Positions 12,541 to 25,735 of a stretch of 64,000 nucleotides of DNA are shown piece after piece. How positions within the stretch are numbered: the first letter of the stretch is position 1; each line of letters begins with the position of its first letter. The stretch spans positions 106,082,001-106,146,000 of the forward strand of contig OX597820.1 in the NCBI GenBank assembly GCA_951406725.2, given 5' to 3'. The notes below the pieces were generated by a model. That model made no database searches. It was given only the letters and a program-made list of their open reading frames with translations, and was not told the DNA's origin. This DNA comes from Octopus vulgaris. Lineage: Eukaryota. Position numbers and translations under genes: made by a program.

Positions 12541-12619
12541 TACAGTGACTGTGATGTTTGTATATACATGTGTGAGTGTGCGCATGCACGTGTGTGTATT
12601 TCTGTGTACGTATGTATGT

Positions 12620-13165
12620 ATAAGACGACAATAAGTAAGGCAAGGACCACTTTTCACCTGTTAAAGAAAGTATGGAGTGCAAGTGTAATTTCAATAAAGA
12701 ACAAAATAAGAATTTTTAACACTAACGTAAAAGCGGTGTTATTGTATGGGGCTGAGACATGGCGAACAACAGTTAAGTCAAATAAGCAAATACAATCATT
12801 CATCAACAGATGCTTGCGTAGTATACTTAAAATTAGATGGCCCAAACACATAAGCAATATGGAGCTATGGTAAAGAACAAATCAAGTTTTGATTAGGGAA
12901 CAAATATTTAAGAAAAAGTGGAAGAGGATTGGTAGCACAATTAGAAAAGAAACACTGAATGTAGCGAAAAGTGCTTTAAAATGGAAACCAGATGGATATA
13001 GAAAGAAAGATAGGCCTAAGAACTTGTGGCGTTGATCAACACGAAAGGAACTAGAGAAAGGGGGACATTCACGGCAGAGTATAAGTACAGAAGCGAAAAA
13101 TTATGTGACATGGAATTCAATTATAAGAGGCCTATACTCAGCATTGGAGGGTTAAAGGCAGAAAA
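12620..13165 (+). mobile_element. RTE LINE 3' fragment (different subfamily)
   Basis: KIRIFNTNVKAVLLYGAETW and FINRCLRSILKIRWP..ISNMELW. Confidence 0.85.
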
Positions 13166-13724
13166 AAAGAAAAAGAAAGAAAGAAAGAAAAATGTATGTA
13201 TATATATGTAAAACTAAATTGATGAATACTGGACTGACAGCCAAACATTTGTCATTCACTTTCTGAAAGATGTTTGTAATCAAAGCACTTACTTTCCAAT
13301 TGCTTAATTTACATGCCATTAGTAGCCACTACTATGTGGTATAGTTCTTGGTTATAGGTAGCAGGAGCACTGTAAGACAGATGTCTGTTTGTCAAATAAT
13401 AGAACTGGCTTTAACTTCTCCTGAGACTATTGTTTAGTGGAAGACAGTCTCCACCAAATTGACTAGCCTTAGACATACAATATGAAGATGATATCCAGTG
13501 ATGTCACTTCATGGTAATGACTAACAGCACTCACTAGTCTTGAAACACAGTGACAGAAATGGTAATATTAAGGCCCTATGAAGATAAACATAGAACCTCT
13601 GGTTGTTGAGCACACATTCTGTTAGATAAAATAAAAATATAAATTGACATCATTAGAATTATAAAGTCTCAGGAGAACATAAAATAATTTTCGGAACAGA
13701 TCTCAAAACACATGAAGTTATAAA

Positions 13725-14112
13725 TAATCCTTTCTACTATAGGTACAAGGTCTGAAATTTTGAGGGAGGGGACGTTGACCCAAGTGCTCAACTGGTACTT
13801 ATTGTATTGCCCTCAAAAGGATGAAAGGCAAAAGTCGTCCCTCACAGCTCAGAATGTAAAGTCGGTAGAAATGCCACTTAGCATTTTGTCCAGTGTGGAA
13901 ATGATTCTACCAGTCCACCATCTTTAAATATTGGTTTCAAATTCTGGCACAAGGCCATTGGCCCCAGTGCTCAGCTGGTACTTATTTTATTGACCTTGAA
14001 AGGATCAAAGGCAAAGTTGTCCTTTGGATAACTTGGAACTCAGAACAAAAGACAGAAGAAACACCACTAAGCAATTGTCCAGCATGCTAACAGTTCTGCT
14101 AACCTGCCACCT
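13725..14112 (-). mobile_element. Two tandem tRNA-derived SINEs (family B)
   Basis: Reverse complement of GGTGG..GGCAGAA..GTTAGCA...GAGTTC...GCCTTT.ATCCTTT...AAGTACCAG. Confidence 0.75.
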
Positions 14113-14847
14113 TATAAAGTTATGAATAATATCATGTAAATACTGGGTTGAAAATCCCTTCCAGATAGAATAAAGAGTTGGAGGCTGCCTGTAGGACACG
14201 AATGCAAATCTCCTGTTTCAATATTTTCAATCCAAAAGGATTTCTCAACCCAATATTCACAAGCTGTTATTTGCAGCTTTATTTGCTTTGAGATAGACTG
14301 TTCCAAAATAGAATTATAAATACAAATATTTTGAAGTATATCTTGCCACTGCGACACTTCACAGGCTGTGTGATAAATATCTTGATCAATATCATTAGAT
14401 TAAATTTTATCTAATATTAACTTTAACATCATAGATTTTGTAGACCCTAATGACTGTATTCAATGGGTTCAATATGTATAGTCAAACCTTTGATGGAATA
14501 TTGATTATTGATAACAAGGTCTAAGTTCAAACATTATTACAGCTATTGTATTGTGTTATTATTTTGTCTGGAAACAGCATGATTGAATGATTAAGAAAGG
14601 CTTGCTTTGCAATCAGAAGATCCCAGTTTCAATCCTCAGCATGGTATCTTGGGAAAGCATTGTTTACTATGGTTTAGTGTTCACTCAAGTTTTGTGAGTG
14701 AAATTGGGTCAGTGGAAACTGTGACGAAGCCTGTTGGATGGATTGTCCTTGTAATTCAAATAGCACAGCTTTGTCATACATTGTCTCCCTGATTCTGTCT
14801 GAAGATTGCAGTAAGCAAACATGTGTCTGTAGAATACTCAGCCACTT

Positions 14848-15070
14848 ATAGGGGGATGCTGCAAACTTCCGGGCTTTAAGGGTATCATGAAAGGCTTGGT
14901 TGGAGGCCCAACCTTCCAAGTTTTTTTTTACAGGGCTTAGAAAAACTGAAGGACCACTGCAATAAGTGTGTGAAACTGAGAGGGGAATATGTTGAATAAA
15001 ATCCGAATTAACTGATCCTCCTGTATTTTCTTTTATCCAAAGCCAGGAACTTTTCAGCACTGCCTCGAAC
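14848..15070. mobile_element. Mariner-type MITE (inverted copy at ~58517-58736)
   Basis: Termini GGGGATGCTGCAAACTTCCGGGCTTT / AAAGCCAGGAACTTTTCAGCACTGCCTCG; internal sequence shared with the 58.5-kb copy. Confidence 0.7.
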
Positions 15071-15913
15071 ATGCTAATTTAATGAACAAATGCATTGCTT
15101 TTCTGAAGAATTGAATTTATGATCAAAGGCATTCAATCAGGAACATTATGTTATTTTTAGGGCATCTACGGTTGCATTAACGTTCCCACCTCTTCCTTGA
15201 GATGATAAAGTGTTAGTTGAGGGAGGTTTAGCTGCTTTTTCAACAGATCAGCAGAACATATGCAGGCTCCTTCATTGGCTCATCTGTATTGTGTGTTTCT
15301 AACCAATGTGTGCAACTTTGCTCTTCATGGGCCAACGAGGGAGCTTCTGTATAATTACTTCCCTTGCCAGAAATAGCAGCCAAATACCCTTGAAGTTTCA
15401 CCGTACCATATATAAATAAAGGACATATTGTGTTATGTAATACTGGATCCATATTGCCTTAAATAACAGGCAGGATGTTCATGGTTAGCATACCTTCCAT
15501 TATAAGTCTGCTTGATCAGGACTGACCCTGGGTTAAATAACAACAGCAACAAAATATTGCTGTTTTTTGCCACTCTGGCCAACTATAACTTTCACTTCAA
15601 AATTGAATGGCTGGCTGTATGAAGGGCAACAAAAAGTTAAAAAAGCAATTGTTTCAGCAGGTCAGAAGCTATGACTATCCAACCATAACAACCCATCATT
15701 ATGAAACAATGGACGTAAAACAGTAATTAGACAATAATAACTGAATAGAACGCATTTTATTGTAGATGGGCTGGATTTATATCAGTGTGTGATCACCTTT
15801 GTGAAAAGGTAAAATAAATTTTGTCCTTCAGCCTTTGCTTTAGGTTTTCTCTTGCATAGTCTACAAATTAAAGTGGGTATTAGTTCAGGTATATAAACAC
15901 ACATACATACACA

Positions 15914-15948
<35 letters not shown>

Positions 15949-16007
15949 ATGCGTGTGTTTTTATATATATATCTATACACACACACACACACATATATAC
16001 ATATATC

Positions 16008-16315
16008 ATGTGATCACGTGACCAACCAGGGCTATCAGATGTTGCTACACATCACTGGTCACAATGTGCATTGCATTGTTTTAGCCTTCAAATGACACCA
16101 CCCCGCTGGCTAAGTGAGCAGGCCAACAGAAGAAAGAGTGAGAGAAAGTTGTGGCAAAAGAGTACAGCAGGGATTGCCACAACCCTCTGCCGGAGCCTCG
16201 TGGAGCTTTAGGTGTTTTCGCTCAATAAACACTCACAACACCCGGTCTGCGAAACAAAACTGCAATCCTATGACTGCAAGTCCGCTGCCCTAACCACTGG
16301 GCCATTGCACCTCCA
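16008..16315 (-). mobile_element. tRNA-derived SINE (family C)
   Basis: Minus-strand head GGAGGTGCAATGGCCCAGTGGTTAGGGCAGCGGAC with an A box; flanked by microsatellites. Confidence 0.7.
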
Positions 16316-16379
16316 CACACACACATATATATATGTATGTATGAATATATGTATGTATATACGATGATGGCTGTCAACT

Positions 16380-17060
16380 CATGTCCGAGGAAGACCAGTG
16401 CTGACCTTTAGGAACATCGAGCACTCTAGGACTAACTTATATTTTGCATTTGTGGCTCTGTTGGTGGTTAATGAGCCCTGCTCTTGACAAGCATACATGA
16501 CCACAAACATTGCAAACCAAGCTTTCTCCATTCACTACACCAGCAGTGTGCTTTCGAGCAGCATGCTTAAATTCTTCACGCAGAATATGTGCTCTTTCAG
16601 AGGTATTGTTCCCCCCCTTCACCTGCTTCCTCCATCTGTGGTGATGACAGGCATTGCTCTCCCAGTCAGTCTCCTGCATATCACAGACCTTTAATGATTA
16701 CTTGACACAGTCCTTAAATCACAGCCTTGGTTTCTGTTGGGGTCTCTTTCCAGTAACAAGTTCCTCATATAGCATCTGTTTAGGGATCCTGCTATCCTTC
16801 ATTCTAATAAGGTGTCCAGTCTAGTATAACTGGTGCTTGTGTACCATTGCCTCTATGCTTAAGATATCAGCTTGCCTCGAGACCTGTGTGTCTAGAGTTT
16901 TTAAGGTCTAGCCAACATTCAGAATGTATCTCAGACATCTCTAATGGAAGCATTCAAGGACCTTTACATGACATTTGTAAAGGGTCCATGTCTCACATGA
17001 GTAAAGGAGCGATGTCAGCACACATGCATGGTCCACAGCAATTTTTGTTTGCTTTGTGAT
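16380..17060 (-). mobile_element. RTE-like LINE 3' fragment
   Basis: VLTSLLYSCETW, RIPKQMLYEEL and a C-terminal CNVCGHVCLSRAGLINHQQSH zinc finger. Confidence 0.8.
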
Positions 17061-18572
17061 GCCAAGGCAAACAAAAGTACACATACACACACACGTATAT
17101 GTATACCTCTGTGTGTGTGTATACATATATGTATGTGCATGTTTGTGTCTACTTGTCTTGACATTGTGTGGTATTTGTAAACATTAAACAGTCACACAAG
17201 TAGTGCCATTTGTTTCCAATCTTCCGGTAAAACATGTTTAGCCACGGGGAAATATTACCGCATTTGAAAACAGGTGCATCCGGCTGTAGAAAACCTGCTT
17301 TAACAAATTCTGTCTGATCTATGCAATCATAGAACAAGGGACATTAAAGCAACAATGATGATGACAACAGCAATGACGACAATGATGGTGATGATGACAA
17401 CAATGACAATGATGACAGCGATGATGATGACAACAACAATTGTGATGATGATAATGACCCCCACCAAAAAATTATAAGTAAACAGGAGTTGGAGATTAAA
17501 ATAACATCTATTCCTAAATAATTATTTTAATCTCTAACAATTTTCACTGTAAAGAAATTCTGCTGCCAAGTAAAATCCAATTAAATTGTCAAACATTTTT
17601 CCATAATGTTGGTGGTTATTATAAACATAACTTCAAGAAAGATAAGCTACATACCAATCTTTAATTACCATTTTCTATAGCTTATATGTTTGGTAGAGTA
17701 TATGGAATTTCTTTTTTTATCAGGGTTGTTGCAAAGAAGACAACAAAATCTGTTGAGATGTTTTGATAAACAAAATTTTTATTCTCCCTGTAAACAAAAT
17801 GCAGAGAGTGTGTTGAATATTATTGTTCTTTGTATTACTGTAGCAACAGTTAAAGTGTGGTTAGCTGCTTGCCATGCAACTGACTTCTTTTGTCTTCTCA
17901 CTGTTCATTGCCTTGAGTTGTCAGCTGCTGTCTGCTGTCACTGTTGGCCATCTTCCATGGTTTCTATCAATGCTCCCTCCAAGCTTTCTCTCAAGTAGTC
18001 AAAGTGTGCCAAATTTAAACTGATGGTTAAGCTCAGAAGGAAGACCACCAAAAGATGAAATTGTCACTGGAACCTATTCCACTCAAAGTCCTGTTGGTTA
18101 GATTTCTTTTCATCACACAGGTAATATTCTGGCAAATTGTGACATTGAGTGCAATGGTCTGACTACTGAATATTCCCACAACAGGATTTTTCAACTGATC
18201 AAGAATATTGCATACATATTCAGTCCCTTTAATTTCTGACAGAGAAAAGAAAAATTTATACTTTGATAGGGTACTGAACAATGGGTGCAAGAGTCAACAG
18301 TCCATAAAAATAATTATTTCTAATATAGGTACAAGGTATGACATTTTATAGGGTGTAACTAATCAATTTCATTGACACCCCTTCCTCCAATGCTCAAATG
18401 GTACTTATTTTATCAACCCTTAAAGGATAAACGGCAAGGTTGACTTTGGCAACATTTGAACTCAGAATGTAAAACCTGAAGAAATGCTGCAAAGTATTTT
18501 GTCCAGCATGCTAACGATTCTATTGAACTCATTGCCTCAATAACAACAACAACAATAATAATAATAATGATC

Positions 18573-21500
18573 TTTTTTATTTGTCACCAGCGTGGAGGAT
18601 GAGTTGGGGACAATACAAAGGGTTTACATATGATGGAATGATATGAAAAAAAAAGAAGTGTACACAGTGTACATTAAAAGATGTGAAGTATACATAGTAT
18701 ACAGCAATAAGGGAAAAAAATGTAGCGCAGCTGATACCCTCACTGTTTGAGAGATATATTAGAAATGATCTCGTGCTAGATAACAACCATCTTTGGCTAG
18801 TTTGACCCTGTTGTGTTCACTGCTCTGATTGGTTGGCATTGGTGCAGGTTGTCTCTCGACTTATTTTGTGCCAGTGTGTAACCCAACCAATCACAGCCTT
18901 TGGATAAGGTCTCATGACACTGTTTTTCTTATGCCTTGTTTGAGGCTACTTCAGGCTTTATAAGGCGCCAGCATTCACTATTCCTGGTTTTTTGGCTCTA
19001 GACCTTCTAAGGTCTAGTCACTGACCACAGAGCACTCAACCATGTTCCAGCAACACCGGTCTTGGGTTCTAGTCCATTTCAGGACTAACCTCTGACCACA
19101 GAGCTACTCAGCCAATTCCAGTTCGAGCGACAGTCAACATGCAAAGCAGGACCTTTCCACCACCGACACCTTTCAACGATGCCTTTCTCTGCCACCACCA
19201 TCGTCGTCCTTCAACTTTGATGTCGTCTCCATCTCTGTCGACTTGAGCAATATGTACACAGCACTTGCCTAGGTTTAGCTTTCTCGCTGTTGTGATGTTC
19301 ACTGAGCTCCAGTCTACCTGAAAGAACTTCCTGTATCAAGAGACCCAGCACAGCATTGAAGCCTCAACCTCTACACGACATGTGTTCAACCGACATTCTG
19401 CCTTGTGACCCCAACAACAGAACTTACAGAACTGTTACTATTGTGTACCTCACTTACGAACTGGTAAACTAATTCCATCTTAACTCAGTATGCTGAGAGA
19501 CTCATCCTATGCTCTGTATTCTGTTTTATATGCATACATCTTATTTGTACTTCTGTCGCACACACAAACACACAGGCACAAACACTTGTCGCATGCACAC
19601 AGACACTCCACTTTGCTAGCACTCTCACACACACTCTCATTGTACACATTTGTAAATAAAATCTTCTTCTGTCTCAAACAGTAGAACGGTTGTCGTCCTC
19701 ACTTATTCCTTTGGCACATATTCTTTACATCATGTGTTTGACTTCTAATTTTGTTAGGCCGACTGTGCGGTGTTAAAAGGAGACGTTTCCATCACCCATT
19801 CCTTACGTACGGTCGTATTCCCTACAAAAATGTGATGGGGATGGGGCCACCTGATACAGGAAGACTACTAGGGATGATCGAGGAACCCCACCATCACCAT
19901 GAATACCGTGGACAAATACCTTTTCCAACTCCTTTCCTCCAACTCACAGGTCTACACAGAGAGTGATACCATCCACTCTTGCCATTTTCACAACTTTCAC
20001 CCACCTTTTCATAATATAACTCGAGGAAAGCACCTTCCTCTCCACCCTCACTTTCCTTTTCAAGTGAAACTTGAAAAAGTCAATGAGGGCTTTACCAAAG
20101 AGGAATGTCTTTGTCCTCATTCCTTTCAGCCCCCTCCACCAGACAACCTCTTTCACGACAGCAACCAGGCAAAAGAAAACTGCCTTTGCCTGCCTAATTA
20201 AACGAGGGCAGTGGGACAATCATCAGTATGGAGTCGGATGACAGACAGATTAGTCCCACACATGACAGCAGCTGTTCAACATAACTCCACAAGACACTAA
20301 ATTAGTGCATGCAGAACCATTTCGTTGCTCTGCGTACACCTCGGACAATCCCATCTGATAGCACATTCATGCCTGTAGAGTTTATCTTGAACTGGTAGCA
20401 CCTCCACCCACCCACCTCCAGTAGCGCTGCCAAGCCAAAGACATCTGGAAATTATCCATAATAGTCTCCAACTGGAAAGTCCTCCGGAACAGACTAGTTA
20501 GTCCATCTTCGTCAATGCCCAGAGTCTCCCCTAGGATGTTGTTGCACTTTTTAGCCACTAATCCTCAATAAATAGCTAAAGTGGAACATCCACCGATCCT
20601 ATTGCCCAACTGGTAGAGGACAGAGGGTGCCTGACGACATTCTAAGTGCCAGGCACTCAGTCTTGTCTATCCTTCACCCAGGACTGCAGGTCCATTAAAG
20701 AGATGAGTTATGGAAATACATGCCTCACAAACGGAGACCACACATGTTCACCTTCTAGAAATCATTGCAGGTGACACAACCTCAGTGCATGTCCATGCAT
20801 CAAAAGCTATGGCATGCCTAAGCCACCACTCAGAGGGAGCTGACAGCAGATTGACCACCTGACCATTGGAATGCATCCCTTCCACCAGAACATGAACAAA
20901 AGACAACTTGATTAAGCAATAACTGGGGCAAGGCATGACGGTCAGACAATAAATGATGACAGAGGTGTAGGCATTTTCCACCTTTGCCTGACCTTCCAAG
21001 GACAGCTTCCTTTCAGCCCATTTCCGGGTAAGACTGGCCACCCTCTTCATCGCCTCATCCCAGTTCTTATCCACCTGGAGGTTGGGACCAAACCAGATTC
21101 TGAGCAGTTTAACTGGTTTGTCAGTCCAGTGTCTGACAATGCCATCGAACAGCATCGACCTGCCTCTCCAGGTGCCCAGTCACAAGCCCACCAACTTCTC
21201 AGCATTGATTTTAGCCCCTGAAACTGACTCATATTCTTCTAGAATGGAGCCAACTGTCTCCATTTTGGAGGCATCCAACACCATGACGGTGACGTCATCC
21301 ACATATACAGACACTGCTCTTCCAAGTCCCTGTTCGAAAGGGATGCCCGTCAACTTCCTCAGCAGTGGCTCGAGAGCCAGCTCATACAGAAGAGGTGACA
21401 GTGGGCAGCCCTGACAGACTGAGCATGCGATGCTAAACGGTTCTGATAGAGGACCACTTACTTTGACAACCAAGGTGCCACTGTGCATTACAATAATCCA

Positions 21501-22680
21501 GCTCCTGAAAACGGGTCTGAAACTGGCTGCTTTAAGGATGGCTTCCAGGTTGTGATGGTTGACCCTATCGAATGCTTTTGATTGATCCTAATTTATCAGG
21601 ATCAATACTAGACTGCCAACAACAAGCGCTAACCTTTTCACTAACACCTTGGTCAAAATCTTTAAAAATTCACTAGTATGTCCCTACTGTCAACGTTCTT
21701 CTTCAGCAGTGTAACCACACCTGACTAATAGCACTGGGAATTCTCCTACTCTTTTGCCTGTTGTGGTAAACATCTGCCAAAAGGTTGCCAAACAAATCTG
21801 GCATAAATACATAGAATTCATCAGGCAGACCATCTGAACCTGGCGATTTGCAACTTGTGCAATTGCTCATCACCTCTCGTATTTCAGTGGCTGTTATTGG
21901 CTTTTCACAGAACTTCATGTCCACTGCTAAGAGTCACGGCTGGCCATCCAGGTATGAACTAAAGTCTGCTACTGTTGTTGACCTATCACCCCCTCCAAAC
22001 AGTTGTGTGAAGTGCTGCTGAAAAGCTGCACACATCTGCTCAGAACCATGTAGCATACGCCTGTCTCGATCTGTCAAAGACCCAATCGTGGTTTTGTTGC
22101 CATGTTGCGTCGCCACTGTTTAAGCCCATTGGACGGTTTTAGTTCTCTCATGTTTTAGCACACAAGCCTTAACTCTGACAACTCAACCTTCATGTTTCAC
22201 CTCAAAGAAATGGTTAAGAGCCATTCTTGCCACTAACACATCAGTTGCGATACCTTTATTAATTACCTCTTTTAGTTTGCTAACGAGTTCTCCCTCTAAT
22301 CTGTTTTTTTTTTTCTATTGCTAACTCTTTGCTAAACACTATTGATCCTACTCTAATCACCCTCCTCAAGGCTGTCCACCACCGGTTGTTAACAATTGCT
22401 TCCGTCAACTGCTGCTTAATTAGTTTGCTAATCCAGTCCCTGTGGTCTTTGTGCACCAGAAAAGACACATTCAGTTTCCAGTAACCAGGTCTCTGTCTAT
22501 GCATCCTATCTAAATCAACAGTGCAGATCACAAATTCGGGGTCTGTGTAGTCTGTGTAGCCGACCAATTTGAATTGTGGACACCCTGTACTATCCTTATC
22601 CACTGACCTAACAAATACTGTATCTAGATAGGGTCTGGATGACTCATTGTGATTGCTCCATGTCCACACTGGCACATCAG
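18573..22680 (-). mobile_element. L1/Tx1-clade LINE, decayed, with a solo LTR inserted in its 3' UTR
   Basis: WTWSN, GYWKLNVS, KSPGSDGLPDEFY, QGCPLSPLLYELALEPLL and YVDDVT motifs; AATAAAAAAGA 3' end at ~18573 abutting an (AAC/AAT)n tract. Confidence 0.88.
18721..19826 (+). mobile_element. Solo LTR (~1.1 kb)
   Basis: TGTAG...CTACA inverted termini with AAAA on both sides, CCAAT-like boxes, TATA-like TTTATAAG at ~18957 and AATAAA at ~19655. A related partial LTR lies at ~52900-53417 (minus). Confidence 0.75.
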
Positions 22681-22967
22681 GGAAAGTCGACCACAGCGGA
22701 AGTTGAACTCAGAACATAAAGACCAACGAAATACTGCTAAGCATTTTACCTGGGGTGCTCACGTGTCTGCCAGCTCACTGCCTTAGGGGTGCTAATGTTT
22801 CTGCCAACTCGTCGCTTTAGCTACTGCTAAATATTAATAAAAAAATGTACTCTATTTTCCTGTTTGCATCACCAAACCTATATGTGTGTGTGTGTGTGTA
22901 TGTGTGTGCGTATGTGCGTGCGCATATATATATATGTATATATAAGATATATATATATATATATATA

Positions 22968-23261
22968 TGGGGTTGTCCTGAAAGTTTGTGATGATTTCTT
23001 TGGTTGCTTGTGAGGCATTTTTCCCTTTACGGAAAAAGAAAAGCATCAAGTGCCGAAAATGAACTTTCTTATCTTCCATTTAAAAGGGTTACAGAATTAA
23101 CACAGATTATAGGAACATAAATCTTCTTCCACAAAAAGATAGCTTAAACTTTGCTCTAAATGGAGGTGTAGTCAAATCCTATTTTATAGGCTCAACCATG
23201 TTCTAAAATAAGTTGAAATGTAAGCTACTATAAATCGGCACAAACTTTCAGGACAACCCAA
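22968..23261 (-). mobile_element. Internally deleted mariner element
   Basis: TIRs GGGTTGTCCTGAAAGTTTGTG / CACAAACTTTCAGGACAACCC, TA-flanked; transposase N-terminus MEDKKVHFRHLMLFFFRKGKNASQATKEI. Confidence 0.9.
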
Positions 23262-23731
23262 TACATACATACATATAAACATATATATGTAAATCATTAA
23301 CATCATTTAATGTTTGTTTTCTATGCTGGCATAGGTTAGACTTTTTTGGAGCAACATGAAATGAAGTATTTTACTCTTGAACAGAATACATCACCCAGTC
23401 CAAGAATCAAAACCACAATCTTAAGATCATGAGTCCAACACCCTCACTGCTAAGCCATGTGCCTCTACAATATAAATATATATATATCATCCTCATCGTT
23501 TAACGTCCGTTTTCCATGCTGGCATGGGGTAGATGGTTCGACTGGGGTCTGGGAAGCCAGAAGGCTGCACCAGGCTCCAGTCTGATCTGGCAGTGTTTCT
23601 ACAGCTGGGTGCCATTCCTAATGCCAACCACTCCTACAGTGTAGTGGGTGCTTTTTCTACATGCCACTGACACAGGAGCCAGTCAGGACAAGGGGGAAGG
23701 CAATGACCATGTTCGGATGGTGCTTTTTACG

Positions 23732-23778
<47 letters not shown>

Positions 23779-23907
23779 AAAATTATTTGAAAATTATTTG
23801 AAAATTATTGAAAATTATTTGAATTTTCTCTGACTCCTCAGATTTTTTGAATGCTGGACTACTGGTTTTAAATTGATATTAAAATTAATATTAATTTATC
23901 TCCCTCA

Positions 23908-23963
<56 letters not shown>

Positions 23964-24057
23964 GATAATAATATTAGGGAGTATAACTCAAAACTTACAG
24001 GGAAAAATTCAATTTAGTATTAAATCAAATTTCACAGTATAAATATATGAAATATAA

Positions 24058-24319
24058 ATTAGAAATTAAACCACTATTATGCAACTCAAACAGTGATAGA
24101 CATAAACCAATACATAAATAACAAATAATATATATTTTTATAAAACATATAACTTATAACTTGATCTCAAAAAGTATAAAAATGAATAATCAATATATAA
24201 TACTTTTTGAGATCTAGTTATAAGTTATATGTTTTATAAAAATATATATTATTTGTTATTTATGTATTGGTTTATGTCTATCACTGTTTGAGTTTCATAA
24301 TAGTGATTTTATCTCTAAT
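24058..24319. repeat. AT-rich foldback with ~120-bp arms
   Basis: 24058-24177 is inverted at 24200-24319. Confidence 0.9.
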
Positions 24320-24324
24320 ACATA

Positions 24325-24722
24325 GGCGCAGGAGTGGCTGTGTGGTAAGTAGCTTACTTACAAACCACATGGTTCTGGGTTCAGTCCCACTGCGTGGCAT
24401 CTTGGGCAAGTGTCTTCTACTATAGCCTCAGGCCGACCAAAGCCTTGTGAGTGGATTTGGTAGATGGAAACTGAAAGAAGCCCGTCTTATATATGTATAT
24501 ATATATATATGTGTGTGTATGTTTGTGTGTCTGTGTTTGTCCCCCTAGCATTGCTTGACAACCAATGCTGGTGTGTTTATGTCGCCGTCACTTAGCGGTT
24601 TGGCAAAAGAGACTGATAGAATAAGTACTGGGCTTACAAAGAATAAGTCCCGGGGTCGATTTGCTCGACTAAAGGTGGTGCTCCAGCATGGCCGCAGTCA
24701 AATGACTGAAACAAGTAAAAGA
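24325..24722 (+). mobile_element. tRNA-derived SINE (family A, octopus OK/OR-like)
   Basis: GGCGCAGGAGTGGCTGTGTGGTAAG...GGGTTCAGTCCC A/B boxes, CTTGGGCAAG core and an internal (TA/TG)n tract. Copies at 59978-60373 (+), 59545-59705, 57582-57735 and 39215-39370 (-). Confidence 0.85.
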
Positions 24723-24747
24723 GAGAAAGAGAGAGATATATATTTAT

Positions 24748-24982
24748 TTGTGAATTAAGGTTACTATTGGTTTCGTGTTAAGAAAAATAGGAAAATATCT
24801 TAATATCTTAGCAATTTTTCAAGTTGACCACATGGAGGAATGGTGCTTATCTCCATTTTAGATAAACACCAAAATGGAGATGAACACCATTCCTCCATGT
24901 GATCAGCTTGAAAAATTGCTAAGATATTAAGATATTTTCCTATTTTTCTTAACACGAAACCAATGGTTGCCTTAATTCACAA
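24748..24982. repeat. Foldback with ~110-bp arms and a possible highly decayed hammerhead in the right arm
   Basis: 24748-24858 is inverted at 24871-24982. The right arm has UUGAAAA..UGCUAAGA...UCUUAACAC-GAAA-CC aau GG-UU. Confidence 0.85.
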
Positions 24983-25339
24983 AAAAAGAAATTCTATCCA
25001 CCAATACAGTGTTGAGCACTCATTTTCCTTGTTCGACATTTACCTATATATATGTGTGTGTATATATGTGTATATATATATATCAAAAAATTTGTTAACT
25101 TCTCTTGAAATGAATGATGTAAACACAACTGCCTGTAAATATGTATCCAAACTATGATGATCTTTACATATATAATTGGAGATAAGTACAAGACACATTC
25201 CTCAGATGTTTATGCAACGAGAGGCAGGGACTACAGGCTCAGTTATAGAGCAATGGGATCAGGTTCATTCATACATATATAACATTGGTAACATCCTTCC
25301 CATGGCATATCATCTTTCATTCCTTCCTCACTCTTATAG

Positions 25340-25735
<396 letters not shown>

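Noticed and set aside
17700-18290. Unique-looking sequence with strong splice acceptors on both strands
   Set aside because: No recognisable protein or consistent exon chain; cannot be supported without RNA data.
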